From an uncultured virus (IMG/VR IMGVR_UViG_3300020191_000954) (lineage: Duplodnaviria; Heunggongvirae; Uroviricota; Caudoviricetes), in the IMG/VR virus record IMGVR_UViG_3300020191_000954: a stretch of DNA of 59,854 bases; one strand, written 5' to 3'. Below the pieces are notes generated by a model, which did not search any database, was not told the origin of the DNA, and saw only the letters and a list, made by a program, of their open reading frames with translations. How positions within the stretch are numbered: position 1 is the first letter of the stretch; every line of letters begins with the position of its first letter. The position numbers and the translations under genes are program-made. Positions 1-9,044 of the stretch are shown here, one piece after another.

Positions 1-1
1 G

Positions 2-805
2 TCCACCCATGTCATCTGTGCTAGATGAATCATAAGCAACTGATTGAACTGTATCACCGTCATATACCCAGAAGTTAAATTCTGTAGTACCGTCCATAAT
101 TAATGGAGCACCAACTGCTTTAGTTCCGTTTGTATTAACATGATAAAATGCACCGTTAGTTGGAGCTTCATGTGCAGTAATTGTATTTGTTTCCATGTCT
201 AATGTTAACAACTTGTTAGTTGTTTTACCATATGGAAAAAATACAACTTCATTTAAATCTTCTACGTACACACTATGAATAGAAGCAAACTTTTCTTCTG
301 TTTCGTGTACAGTAAATGTATTAGCAACAGTATCAAACACAATAATCATTCCACTCATAATTGGTGGATAAACAATTTTAGTACCAACTGTAATTGGGCG
401 ACCAAAGTTAAAGTGTCCACAGAATGTTTTAGGAGTTTCTGAGCCGTGTACTGTAACACCTTTTTCTTCAATCATTGTAACTTCATTAGTATCTAAGTTT
501 ACAGCCGCTACTCTAATAATGCTGTCTACTTTGTCTTTTTGTGTACGCATTACATATGCTGTATTACCTACAACTGCAATACCTCGGTATCTGTCACCGT
601 TATCACTTTTATCAAAAAAGTCTACAAATGTAGTACTATCTGCATTTACTCTAAGCAATCCTGCTCTTGCACCTGCATCTTTGTTAAAATCTCTTGTTTC
701 TTCGCCTTCGTGACGTGCTTTTCCGTTAGTGATTACTGACAAAAATTCACCATTTCCTAAGTGGTATGGTTCGTCTAATACCTGTGTAAAATATGTGTTG
801 CTCAT
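2..805 (-). CDS. Beta-propeller-like repeat protein, 3'-truncated by window edge (paralog of 7818..9044 and 9037..10167)
   Basis: Not in the ORF track. Manual translation from ATG at 805 (AGGAG SD upstream) gives MSNTYFTQVLDEPYHLGNGEF...GTKIVYPPIMSGMIIVFDTVAN...NEVVFFPYGKTTNKLLTLDMET..., open to the window edge, with the same 'I(Y/F)xP(Y/F)G...L(V/T)(F/L)DT' repeat as the two + strand paralogs. Confidence 0.7.
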   Translation of the reverse strand, partial: MSNTYFTQVLDEPYHLGNGEFLSVITNGKARHEGEETRDFNKDAGARAGLLRVNADSTTFVDFFDKSDNGDRYRGIAVVGNTAYVMRTQKDKVDSIIRVAAVNLDTNEVTMIEEKGVTVHGSETPKTFCGHFNFGRPITVGTKIVYPPIMSGMIIVFDTVANTFTVHETEEKFASIHSVYVEDLNEVVFFPYGKTTNKLLTLDMETNTITAHEAPTNGAFYHVNTNGTKAVGAPLIMDGTTEFNFWVYDGDTVQSVAYDSSSTDDMGG

Positions 806-823
806 TATTATCTCCTGTTACTG

Positions 824-1552
824 TTATTTATCTGCTATATTGCAGTTTATTAATAAAAGCGATTGCATAAAATCGTCATCAACTCTGGACAATAAGTGTA
901 CTCGCTCTGTACTTCCGTTATTTTCTGTACCATGTGGAACTAGGGTATTAATTATATATCCTTTGCCCAATTCCATGTGATATGTTCGTTCTCTGTTTTC
1001 GCCAAAAGTAAAAACAGCATCTTTATTTGTATAAAATGGAACATGTAGTTTTCTAGTTTTTCCGTCAGTATGTGTATTAACTTTAAGTCCACTAGGGTGT
1101 AATGCTATTAACATCTGTCTTAATGATTGCAAAGATAGTGTTTCTAACATTTTGTTTAAGATACCAAATTTATAAACTTGCATTGGTACACAATCATAAT
1201 AGAATTTTTCTTCATCTAAATTTTGTAATTCAGGATACATATCAATGTTAGCTTGTGATTTACTTGGACATGGAATATCTCGCTCTATTGGCCAACTAAC
1301 ACTCCAACCTTGTACGTTTCCTTGATAATTTCCAACTGCATTTTCTTTTTGAAATCTATCATATATTTCAGGACGTAGATATTCTTTAGAATTAAAACTA
1401 AAGCATAAATTTTGTAATCGTGTTTTTAATTGTGTATAATAGAATTCTAAATCATCTTTATTAATGCTAAAGTCTAATTCAATTATATCCCATTCGAGAC
1501 TATTAAATAATGCATCAACATCTGTTATATCTTTAGCAGTTAATAATCTCAT
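824..1552 (-). CDS. Aspartyl/asparaginyl beta-hydroxylase-like 2OG-Fe(II) dioxygenase
   Basis: HxD...H facial triad: 'VNTHTDGKTRKLHVPFYTN' and 'INTLVPHGTENNGSTERVHL'. Confidence 0.8.
   Translation of the reverse strand: MRLLTAKDITDVDALFNSLEWDIIELDFSINKDDLEFYYTQLKTRLQNLCFSFNSKEYLRPEIYDRFQKENAVGNYQGNVQGWSVSWPIERDIPCPSKSQANIDMYPELQNLDEEKFYYDCVPMQVYKFGILNKMLETLSLQSLRQMLIALHPSGLKVNTHTDGKTRKLHVPFYTNKDAVFTFGENRERTYHMELGKGYIINTLVPHGTENNGSTERVHLLSRVDDDFMQSLLLINCNIADK
825..831 (-). promoter_or_regulatory. Putative T4-type late promoter core (ATAAATA)
   Basis: Minus strand reads GATAAATAACAGTAACAGGAGATAATAATG upstream of the 805 start. T4 late consensus is TATAAATA. Confidence 0.5.
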
Positions 1553-2100
1553 ATGTAATGTTCAGCAGGTACTTTAAAAAATAAATGTACTCTATCTGTT
1601 TCTCCGTTATTAATAGTACCGTGTGGGCGTCTAGTATTTATTAGATATGCTTTTCCAATAACTAACGAATATTTTTTATCACCAAATACAAAACATGCAT
1701 CAGGGTTACTTAGTATAGGAATATGTATTTTAAGATATCTATCAGTGTCGGTGTGCTGTGCTATTTCAGTTCCGGGTGGATGGCCGCTAATACTAAACTG
1801 TCTTGCTTGAGGAAATTTTACTTTAAGTCTATTAATTACACCGTATACTAATTCAGTATCTCTATAATCATCGCTACCTTCCTTGTGTACATTCCAAGGT
1901 GGACAAGGTATTGTTAAGTCGTCTAAATTACTTTGTATACCCCAACCGTATACACCATCAGTTTTATGTTTTTCACTATTAACAGTATCAGCTACATTAG
2001 TAAATTTTAAATGTTCAAAGTTTGTTTGTAATCCTATGTAGTAACTTCTAAAGTCACTATATTCGATCCCTATAGGTAATTCTTTTACATCAAAGCTCAT
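1549..2100 (-). CDS. Aspartyl/asparaginyl beta-hydroxylase-like 2OG-Fe(II) dioxygenase
   Basis: 'PPGTEIAQHTDTDRYLKIHIPILSN' and 'NTRRPHGTINNGETDRVHL'. Confidence 0.82.
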   Translation of the reverse strand: MSFDVKELPIGIEYSDFRSYYIGLQTNFEHLKFTNVADTVNSEKHKTDGVYGWGIQSNLDDLTIPCPPWNVHKEGSDDYRDTELVYGVINRLKVKFPQARQFSISGHPPGTEIAQHTDTDRYLKIHIPILSNPDACFVFGDKKYSLVIGKAYLINTRRPHGTINNGETDRVHLFFKVPAEHYI

Positions 2101-2518
2101 CTAGTGTATTCCTTATAATTGTATATGCATACTTTCCATTATGTTTAATTCTAGTATTATTTACATAATCTGCAACTGCTTTGCTACGTGATTCGCCTTT
2201 CATACAATGAACATGAATTGTTCCACAAGCATCTTTAAGGAAATTTGAAATGTGTTGAATTTGTGTTAGGGTTGGTGCAACTGCTTTGTAATATGATTGT
2301 ATATCTTCTCCCCAATTTGTTTGATCTTCAGCAACATCATCAAAACATAAATTTAATACATTGGGATGAAATTGTTTAAAATAAGGCTCACTGTTTGGAC
2401 CACCTGTTGAATCAATGCAAATATAATAATCATTAGTATCTTCAACTGTTACATCTGTGATATTTTCACTTTGCATTTTAGATACAAAGTCTTTCTTACT
2501 ATAACTTACGGCAATCAT
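2090..2518 (-). CDS. Cysteine-dependent (CX5R) protein-tyrosine/dual-specificity-like phosphatase
   Basis: P-loop 'IHVHCMKGESRS' preceded by the 'LNLCFDD' general-acid loop. Confidence 0.78.
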   Translation of the reverse strand: MIAVSYSKKDFVSKMQSENITDVTVEDTNDYYICIDSTGGPNSEPYFKQFHPNVLNLCFDDVAEDQTNWGEDIQSYYKAVAPTLTQIQHISNFLKDACGTIHVHCMKGESRSKAVADYVNNTRIKHNGKYAYTIIRNTLDEL

Positions 2519-3146
2519 CTGTCCAAACCTTTCCGTATAAATGTATCCTATCCGTTGTACCTTTGTTTTCTACACTATGCGGAATAGTTGTGTTAACAAG
2601 ATAAGCCCAGCCTACTTCCATATGGTATTCTTTTCCGCCTATTATCCAATTACTGTCTGCATTGGTATGTATAGGTATGTGTACACGTATTTTATCTGGA
2701 GCGTCTTGGTGTGTAATTAATTTAGTACCTGGTGTATGAATAGTTACTAACCATTTCTTACTACGCATAGGCAAATTGTTTACTAAATCTAATCCATATC
2801 CTTTAAAACATTCCCTTGGATTAAGCTCGTCATTATCATTATCTCTATACTCTGGCTTTGCACACCCTTGTTCAAATGGTTTAGGTCCCGGTTCATCACT
2901 ATTCCAACAAAGAGTATAGTATGCTGTATCGTCCATTAGACGATGCCCTGTCTTTGCTTCAGGATCACTAATAGGAAACTGCCATACATGTTGTTGTTCA
3001 CCTATAACAAATTTCCAATCGCTGTAATCTTTTTCTAAGTCAGCGTACCAACTTTGTATTTCATCCGGATTAACTCTGCATAACTTTTTAACTGCCCAGC
3101 CTAAGTCTGCTTGGTCATGTTCCTCTATGTAACGCTTCATCTCCAT
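2499..3146 (-). CDS. Aspartyl/asparaginyl beta-hydroxylase-like 2OG-Fe(II) dioxygenase
   Basis: 'TPGTKLITHQDAPDKIRVHIPIHTN' and 'NTTIPHSVENKGTTDRIHL'. Confidence 0.82.
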   Translation of the reverse strand: MEMKRYIEEHDQADLGWAVKKLCRVNPDEIQSWYADLEKDYSDWKFVIGEQQHVWQFPISDPEAKTGHRLMDDTAYYTLCWNSDEPGPKPFEQGCAKPEYRDNDNDELNPRECFKGYGLDLVNNLPMRSKKWLVTIHTPGTKLITHQDAPDKIRVHIPIHTNADSNWIIGGKEYHMEVGWAYLVNTTIPHSVENKGTTDRIHLYGKVWTDDCRKL

Positions 3147-4615
3147 TAGGCGTACCTCTGATGTGTTAGTCTAACACCGTTACGCACTCGTGAATTCATA
3201 TCAACTGCAACATAGTCGTGTCCATACAACACAAGATCGTCTGGTATTTGAGCTTCAAACTTTGCCCATTGTTGTTCTAACTCTTCTGGACCTAGATTCC
3301 AATGAAGCATTTCGCTTGACCATATGTTTGTAGTCCATAATACCTTAGTACCATGCACACTATTAATAACATCAAATAATTTAGTATTATCATATACAAG
3401 ATCTACTACATGAAATTCATGTTTTAAATTTTTATATCTTTCCCAGAGTCTTTGAAATGCTAAACTACCACCAAAGTCTTTTAATTCTTGTTCCCAAAAC
3501 TGTTTATAGTTTCCTCTATAGGTACTACTAAAATTATATTCAAGATCATGTTCAAGTAACCAAGCATCTAAATCATACCCGTCCCATGTTTCTAATAAAT
3601 GCTTTTTATAGTTTAAACTTGCTTCGCACCAATCAAAATAATGTACTGTTGTACCCGCATGAAAGCCGTTAGCATTTAAAATAGCAAGAGGTTTAAAACC
3701 TGCGGCCGCACTAAACAGATGATCAATTAGTTTGCCTCCTGTACGAACACCTTCACTACTTAATGTTTCAGTATTAAAAGCATATACACGATTCTTTTCA
3801 ATTTCTTCTTGATATCCTAACTTACGTATCCACGCTCTTTGACTTTGATTTGTTAATTCGTCTACTACAGGGCTTTGTTTGTCATACCATACTTTGCTTA
3901 ATTTTTCAGAATCAATGTACGGATACAAAAATACTTTGCAGGCTCGCATATCGTTGTCTAAATTATCAATCTGTATGTTTTTACGCATAGCAATATCAAT
4001 CCAATTAGAACCATCGCTAGTTGTAGCATACTTACTTGTGCCTTGCATGGGTTTAATCCATTTAGGTGTGTAAGTACTGTGAATAGTATCGTCACTTAGA
4101 CAATAATTTTGTAACTCCGGTTTTCTGTCCCAAAAAACACCCATCTCATCAAATGCTGGCTTTCCTAATTCAACCCATTTACTTAAATTTACAAACAAGT
4201 ATTGTCTATGTAACCCAGGGTATGCACCTTTAGTAAGATAATGTTGATTCTTCTTGTCCATAATATGTCCAACTACAAAAAACTGCGGATTATTTTTTGC
4301 ATATTCCACACTTTGTTGCACTAAGTTTGGACCTCTAAACAATAACAGTCCTTGACATGCTACCATTGCAAACTCTTTGCCTTTTACTAGTGCTTCTTCA
4401 AGAATTGTTTCAACACGGTTATGAAATCCTACGTAACTACACATGTTCATCTTTAACATACGGTTAACATAAAAATATGTCATATCAAAAGAACGCTTTT
4501 GTACTGTAGCATCTGGTATGTCACGACTAATATTAAGAATTCCTACACCAACACGATTGTCGAGATTGAGATTCTCGTAGTATCTATCAGCTGTGATGCT
4601 ATTCCAGTCTTTCAT
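3146..4615 (-). CDS. Hypothetical protein; possible N-terminal GT-A-like plus C-terminal Rossmann methyltransferase-like fusion
   Basis: 489-aa ORF. C-terminal 'LFSAAAGFKP...VHYFDWCEASL...FHVVDLV...VLWTTNIW' follows class I SAM-MTase strand order. N-terminal 'VVGHIMD...YPGLHRQYLFVNLSKW' is weakly GT-like. Confidence 0.4.
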   Translation of the reverse strand: MKDWNSITADRYYENLNLDNRVGVGILNISRDIPDATVQKRSFDMTYFYVNRMLKMNMCSYVGFHNRVETILEEALVKGKEFAMVACQGLLLFRGPNLVQQSVEYAKNNPQFFVVGHIMDKKNQHYLTKGAYPGLHRQYLFVNLSKWVELGKPAFDEMGVFWDRKPELQNYCLSDDTIHSTYTPKWIKPMQGTSKYATTSDGSNWIDIAMRKNIQIDNLDNDMRACKVFLYPYIDSEKLSKVWYDKQSPVVDELTNQSQRAWIRKLGYQEEIEKNRVYAFNTETLSSEGVRTGGKLIDHLFSAAAGFKPLAILNANGFHAGTTVHYFDWCEASLNYKKHLLETWDGYDLDAWLLEHDLEYNFSSTYRGNYKQFWEQELKDFGGSLAFQRLWERYKNLKHEFHVVDLVYDNTKLFDVINSVHGTKVLWTTNIWSSEMLHWNLGPEELEQQWAKFEAQIPDDLVLYGHDYVAVDMNSRVRNGVRLTHQRYA

Positions 4616-4616
4616 G

Positions 4617-5315
4617 TTACCCTTGATTAGTATAATAGCTTTGTCTTAGCACGTAAAAGAAATCTCTAATACGTCTACCTAATTCATAATGTATAATCAT
4701 ATGTATACGAGGTTTATCACTATCGTTATATACTGCATGTACATTTGATATGTCCATTAAGAATGCACTACCGCTATCTTCAAACGGCACTATGCCGTGA
4801 TCTTTAAAAATAAATTTGCAATTTTCTGGATTATTTAAACTAATATTGCAAACACTTAAACGTTTTTCTTCATCTGACCTATCTTGATGTGGAAGTATGT
4901 AACCGCCTGGTTCAAGCAACATAAATCTTACTCGATTTAAAAACTCTGCAGGCCACACATCTGTTAAAAACTTTTTAGTAATAGGACATTCGTCTGCTAC
5001 CCAAGTCCAATCTAATTGTTTGATAGTTTCATCTCTATCACCATACCCACCTAAACTTTGTGTGTCATCATTTAATCCGTGTAGTGTTAAACTTTTCCAA
5101 CCTTTGCCATATGTAGTTTCTCTATGTGGATAAAACTTGTCTGCAAGTGCTTCTGCTTCTGCATACATTTCTTTCCAAGGTTGATTATCCAAAGCACTTA
5201 GCCTAAAACAAGGCCAGCCGCTTTCCATTACAATCCATTTAGGGTCAAATTGCTCTGGGTACTTTACAGTAACAATGTCTTTCCTACGCTTTATATGTTC
5301 TATATCTGCTGTCAT
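4617..5315 (-). CDS. Aspartyl/asparaginyl beta-hydroxylase-like 2OG-Fe(II) dioxygenase
   Basis: 'GWKSLTLHG', 'RVRFMLLEPGGYILPHQD' and 'HAVYNDSDKPRIHMIIH'. Confidence 0.85.
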   Translation of the reverse strand: MTADIEHIKRRKDIVTVKYPEQFDPKWIVMESGWPCFRLSALDNQPWKEMYAEAEALADKFYPHRETTYGKGWKSLTLHGLNDDTQSLGGYGDRDETIKQLDWTWVADECPITKKFLTDVWPAEFLNRVRFMLLEPGGYILPHQDRSDEEKRLSVCNISLNNPENCKFIFKDHGIVPFEDSGSAFLMDISNVHAVYNDSDKPRIHMIIHYELGRRIRDFFYVLRQSYYTNQG

Positions 5316-5343
5316 AACTCTACTATATCATTAAACTATCTGT

Positions 5344-5349
5344 TAAATA
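5344..5349 (+). promoter_or_regulatory. Putative late promoter core TAAATA, 5 nt before the ATG of the + strand cassette
   Basis: GTTAAATATACTTATG in the 39-bp divergent intergenic gap. Confidence 0.4.
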
Positions 5350-5354
5350 TACTT

Positions 5355-6332
5355 ATGCCATACCTAACAGCTAATACCTTAGATGCGATTGTAGTAGATT
5401 TTACAAGTCATTGTAATTCTATGTGCGGAAATTGTAGTAGGAATCTAGGTGGTGTTAAGGTAAATCCTTTAATGCCATTAAGCCATATGACTATGAAAAC
5501 ATGGAAAAATATCATAGATAATGCTACTACTAATGAAATAATATTTAATGGTAGTTATGGAGATCCGTTAATGAATCCTATACTAGTTGAAGCACTCGAA
5601 TATGCCGCTTCAGAAGATATACAAATTATGATTCATACTAACGGTGGTATAGGTGTGCCAGAACAATACGTTGCACTAGCAAATGTATTAAAGAAGTTTA
5701 AACAACCTAGTGGCATTACTTGGAGTATAGACGGATTAGAAGATACTAATCACTTGTATAGACGAGGTGTTATATGGGAACGTATTATGAACAATGCCAA
5801 AGCATTTATACAAGCTGGTGGTAAAGCACGTTGGCGTATGCTAGTATTTGATCATAATGCACACCAGTTAGAAGAATGTGAACAACTATCTAAAGACATG
5901 GGCTTTTTAAAGTTTGATGTCAATGGTGGATTTGCATTTACTGCTCTTAATAGTATGGTTGATAATGCTATTGAAAAATTTAAAGAAAATAAAAAGGACA
6001 AAGCTCGTGTAATTAAATATGATAGTAAACATCTTGATCATATTGAACGATTAGAAAAAATTAAAGACTTTAGTGACACTACTATTAAATGCAAATGGCA
6101 GAACAAAAGAAAAATACAAATAAACCATGTAGGTGAAGTATTACCGTGTTGTTACTTACTAAGTGACCGTTGGCCTAAAGACATTAATAGTCCATATGCT
6201 AAACAACAAAAAGATGTTGTATGGCCTAACGTAAATGATAAGTCACTAACAGATATAATTGAAGGTGAAGAATTATTAATGCCAAGTAAAAACAGATTTA
6301 AAATATGTGAGGTAACCTGCGGTGAAATGTAA
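5355..6332 (+). CDS. Radical SAM protein with C-terminal SPASM/twitch domain
   Basis: CxxxCxxC 'CNSMCGNC' and C-terminal 'CKWQ...GEVLPCCY...ICEVTC'. Start moved to ATG 5355 because the ORF-track start overlaps the divergent gene. Confidence 0.88.
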   Translation: MPYLTANTLDAIVVDFTSHCNSMCGNCSRNLGGVKVNPLMPLSHMTMKTWKNIIDNATTNEIIFNGSYGDPLMNPILVEALEYAASEDIQIMIHTNGGIGVPEQYVALANVLKKFKQPSGITWSIDGLEDTNHLYRRGVIWERIMNNAKAFIQAGGKARWRMLVFDHNAHQLEECEQLSKDMGFLKFDVNGGFAFTALNSMVDNAIEKFKENKKDKARVIKYDSKHLDHIERLEKIKDFSDTTIKCKWQNKRKIQINHVGEVLPCCYLLSDRWPKDINSPYAKQQKDVVWPNVNDKSLTDIIEGEELLMPSKNRFKICEVTCGEM

Positions 6333-7395
6333 GTACTTAGACAATCAAGTGTGTGTGCGATCAGATGGGCAATATCGTTTGTGTTGTGTTAGCCTTGAAC
6401 AAAATAATAAAGAAAATATTAAAACACACACTCCACAAGAATGGCATGACAGCGATTTTCATAAAAAAACAAGAATGCAAATGTTAAAAGGTGAATGGCC
6501 TGATGCTTGTACACGTTGCGAACTACAAGAACTACAAGGTATTGACAGTATGCGTACTAGGGTAAAACCAGACGGTACTAGATACGTTAGGAATTTCTTT
6601 GGTCCTGGAATAAGTCATCTTGATATTAGATTTGGTAATAGCTGTAATCTTAAATGTGTTAGCTGTTGGGAAATGAGCAGTAGTAGTATTGCTGAAGAAG
6701 CTATTGAAATGAAAAAAGCTGGCATTGTTCCGTTGCACGGAGTACTTGAAGTTCCAAACTTTAATTGGGCTTCGGAAGAAACAATGAAAAAATTCGACGA
6801 CTTACCTATTAGAGAAGTTTATCTAACAGGTGGTGAACCTATGATGGTTAGACACTTAGACAAGTTTTTAGAAAGACTTGATCCTAGCGTGTTAGTTAGA
6901 TTTAATACTAACGGAACTATATGGAACCCTAAGATTGAAAAACTATTAAGAAGATTTAATATGGTAATCATGAGTCTTAGTTTAGATGCCGCAAGTAATA
7001 AAATTGATTATATTAGAAGTGGAAGTAAATGGAGCGAGATAGAAGTTAATGCACAAAAGTATGCAGACTTTTGTAAGGTTGACGTAACTCCAACACTTAG
7101 TATTCTTAATGCATTGTACTATAACGAAATTAAAGAGTATGCAGAAACAAATAATTTTAAATTGTACGATAATTTATTAATATTACCAGAATGGTTACAT
7201 GTTAAAAATGCTCCAACTGTTTTAAAAGAACAGTTCAAAGGAATACACCCAGATGTTGATCAATGGGCAAATCATCCTAGTGATCCAAAAATTATTGAAC
7301 ACTTCATAAGACAAATAACAAAACAAGATAATTGGCGTAAACTATATATTAAAGATTACTTGCCGGAGGTTGCACAAGCATATGGAATTGATTAA
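6322..7395 (+). CDS. Radical SAM protein with N-terminal twitch domain
   Basis: N-terminal 'MKCKY...DGQYRLCC...PDACTRC', core 'CNLKCVSC', 'LTGGEP', 'FNTNG'. Confidence 0.88.
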   Translation: MKCKYLDNQVCVRSDGQYRLCCVSLEQNNKENIKTHTPQEWHDSDFHKKTRMQMLKGEWPDACTRCELQELQGIDSMRTRVKPDGTRYVRNFFGPGISHLDIRFGNSCNLKCVSCWEMSSSSIAEEAIEMKKAGIVPLHGVLEVPNFNWASEETMKKFDDLPIREVYLTGGEPMMVRHLDKFLERLDPSVLVRFNTNGTIWNPKIEKLLRRFNMVIMSLSLDAASNKIDYIRSGSKWSEIEVNAQKYADFCKVDVTPTLSILNALYYNEIKEYAETNNFKLYDNLLILPEWLHVKNAPTVLKEQFKGIHPDVDQWANHPSDPKIIEHFIRQITKQDNWRKLYIKDYLPEVAQAYGID

Positions 7396-7837
7396 AGAAA
7401 ATAAAGAAATAGGCAGAAAAGTTTTTGAACTTGAAGATAGGTTTCGTAAAGAGTGGACTATAATTGATCAAGAAAGACTTGAAGAACATATTATCATACT
7501 AGGTGAAGTTATGGAGGGTTGGGTAATTGACTGGGGTATCAAAGATGACAAAATGTTTATTGAGTATCACAAAGTTCCTGGTACACCTGCAAGTAAATTT
7601 GCACATACTCCGCAGTTTATAAAAAAGATTTATGATTTTTGTATTTTTACTATCAACGAAACTAGTCCATATGCACACTTTGATTGGGTGCTAAGTAATA
7701 TTATGATCGACGGTGATAACATGTACATGGTTGACTGGGATAACGTTGGCTTATACAGTGAAGAACAAATTATGACTAAGTTACATTCAGACTTAAAAAG
7801 TGCATTTGGAGATAAATTTGACCCCGCAAGCCTTTAG
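7382..7837 (+). CDS. Small protein-kinase-like/aminoglycoside-phosphotransferase-like protein
   Basis: Catalytic loop 'HFDWVLSNIMID' followed by Mg-binding 'MVDWD'. ATG at 7382 overlaps the upstream gene. Confidence 0.65.
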   Translation: MELIKENKEIGRKVFELEDRFRKEWTIIDQERLEEHIIILGEVMEGWVIDWGIKDDKMFIEYHKVPGTPASKFAHTPQFIKKIYDFCIFTINETSPYAHFDWVLSNIMIDGDNMYMVDWDNVGLYSEEQIMTKLHSDLKSAFGDKFDPASL

Positions 7838-9044
7838 TTATGCTACATTAGGTAGTAATGGAATGATCTATATTCCACCATTTGGATTAACTAAATCTAT
7901 TGACTATATGCTTAAAATGGATCCGACTACATATGCTATTACAAAAATTAAACTTGATGTTGATAAGTCTACAGAAAAGTGGCAGAATGGTATTGTTTAT
8001 CGTAACTTAATTTATTTCTTACCGTATAACGAAAGTAAAATTTTAGTTGTCGATACCGAAACTGATGAGATAACATATATCGAAGTGTCTCATAAAGGTA
8101 AAGGCAAGTATATACAAGGACACATACACGGTAATGAAATTGTAGCACTACCTTACGGAGAACATGAACCATTTAGTTGGGTATTACATCTAAACTTAAA
8201 TGATCATACACTAACGTATGTACACATAGATGTACCAACTGAAGATTGTAAAAAATGGCATACTACACAAATGATAGACGGAATTATTTATGGAGTTCCT
8301 AGAGGCGAAGCGTGTGAAGATCCAATGTTTCATTACAGGATACATTACGATTGCAATTCTATGACTTATGAACTTATTGATATGCGTAACCATTGGTTGG
8401 ATCTAGCTAATAAACAATTTACTAATAAGAAATTTACTACGTTAGCAAAAGTAGGACGTAAATTATATGCGCCACCATATAGTGAAAATCCAGACTTTGA
8501 TGTATTACTGCGGTTTGACGGAACACGTTGGTTTAGTGAACACACTGGATTAACAGATACAAGTAGAATGTATTATAGTCATACTGTTGCACGTAATGGA
8601 AAGATTTATTTTCCACCTGCAGGGCATGACGAAGATTGGAGCGATATGCTTGTTATTGATACCAACGTTGACGCATGGTATACACTTGACTTGCATATAG
8701 GAAAGGAAAGTAAAAAATACTTCACAGGTGTTGAAAATAGTAAAGGACTAATTTATTATATACCAAGAGGAGGATGTGTTTGTGAGCCAGAAGAAACTTG
8801 GAAAAGTCAAGGAGACCTTGCAGAAATATTAGTAATTGACACAAAGGACGATTCGTATTATACTCTAGATGTAGGAGAATATTTTAAAGACTCAACTACA
8901 ATAGAAAAATATAACAACTGTATAATACACAATGATGTAATTTTTGCATTTCCGTACGGTGAAAGTGAATCATTTCAAACTGTACTAGTATTTGATACAA
9001 CAAAAGAAAAAGTAGTACACACTATGGATTTAAAATATGTATAA
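7818..9044 (+). CDS. Beta-propeller repeat protein (~8 blades)
   Basis: Eight ~50-aa repeats, e.g. 'NGMIYIPPFG', 'NLIYFLPYN...ILVVDT', 'NGKIYFPPAG...MLVIDT', 'KGLIYYIPRG...ILVIDT', 'DVIFAFPYG...VLVFDT'. Probable TTG start at 7818 after GGAG. Confidence 0.68.
   Translation: MTPQAFSYATLGSNGMIYIPPFGLTKSIDYMLKMDPTTYAITKIKLDVDKSTEKWQNGIVYRNLIYFLPYNESKILVVDTETDEITYIEVSHKGKGKYIQGHIHGNEIVALPYGEHEPFSWVLHLNLNDHTLTYVHIDVPTEDCKKWHTTQMIDGIIYGVPRGEACEDPMFHYRIHYDCNSMTYELIDMRNHWLDLANKQFTNKKFTTLAKVGRKLYAPPYSENPDFDVLLRFDGTRWFSEHTGLTDTSRMYYSHTVARNGKIYFPPAGHDEDWSDMLVIDTNVDAWYTLDLHIGKESKKYFTGVENSKGLIYYIPRGGCVCEPEETWKSQGDLAEILVIDTKDDSYYTLDVGEYFKDSTTIEKYNNCIIHNDVIFAFPYGESESFQTVLVFDTTKEKVVHTMDLKYV

Noticed and set aside
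519..980. Three short + strand ORFs in the track (519, 539, 729)
   Set aside because: They are antisense shadows of the real minus-strand genes (805..<2 and 824..1552), with no SD or motifs.
5322..5330. Possible extended -10 element (TGaTATAGT) on the minus strand before 5315
   Set aside because: No matching -35 element, and such motifs are frequent by chance in AT-rich DNA.
5250..5354. ORF-track N-terminal extension of the first radical SAM gene
   Set aside because: It overlaps the divergent gene start at 5315. ATG 5355 aligns with the start of paralog 16557..17555.
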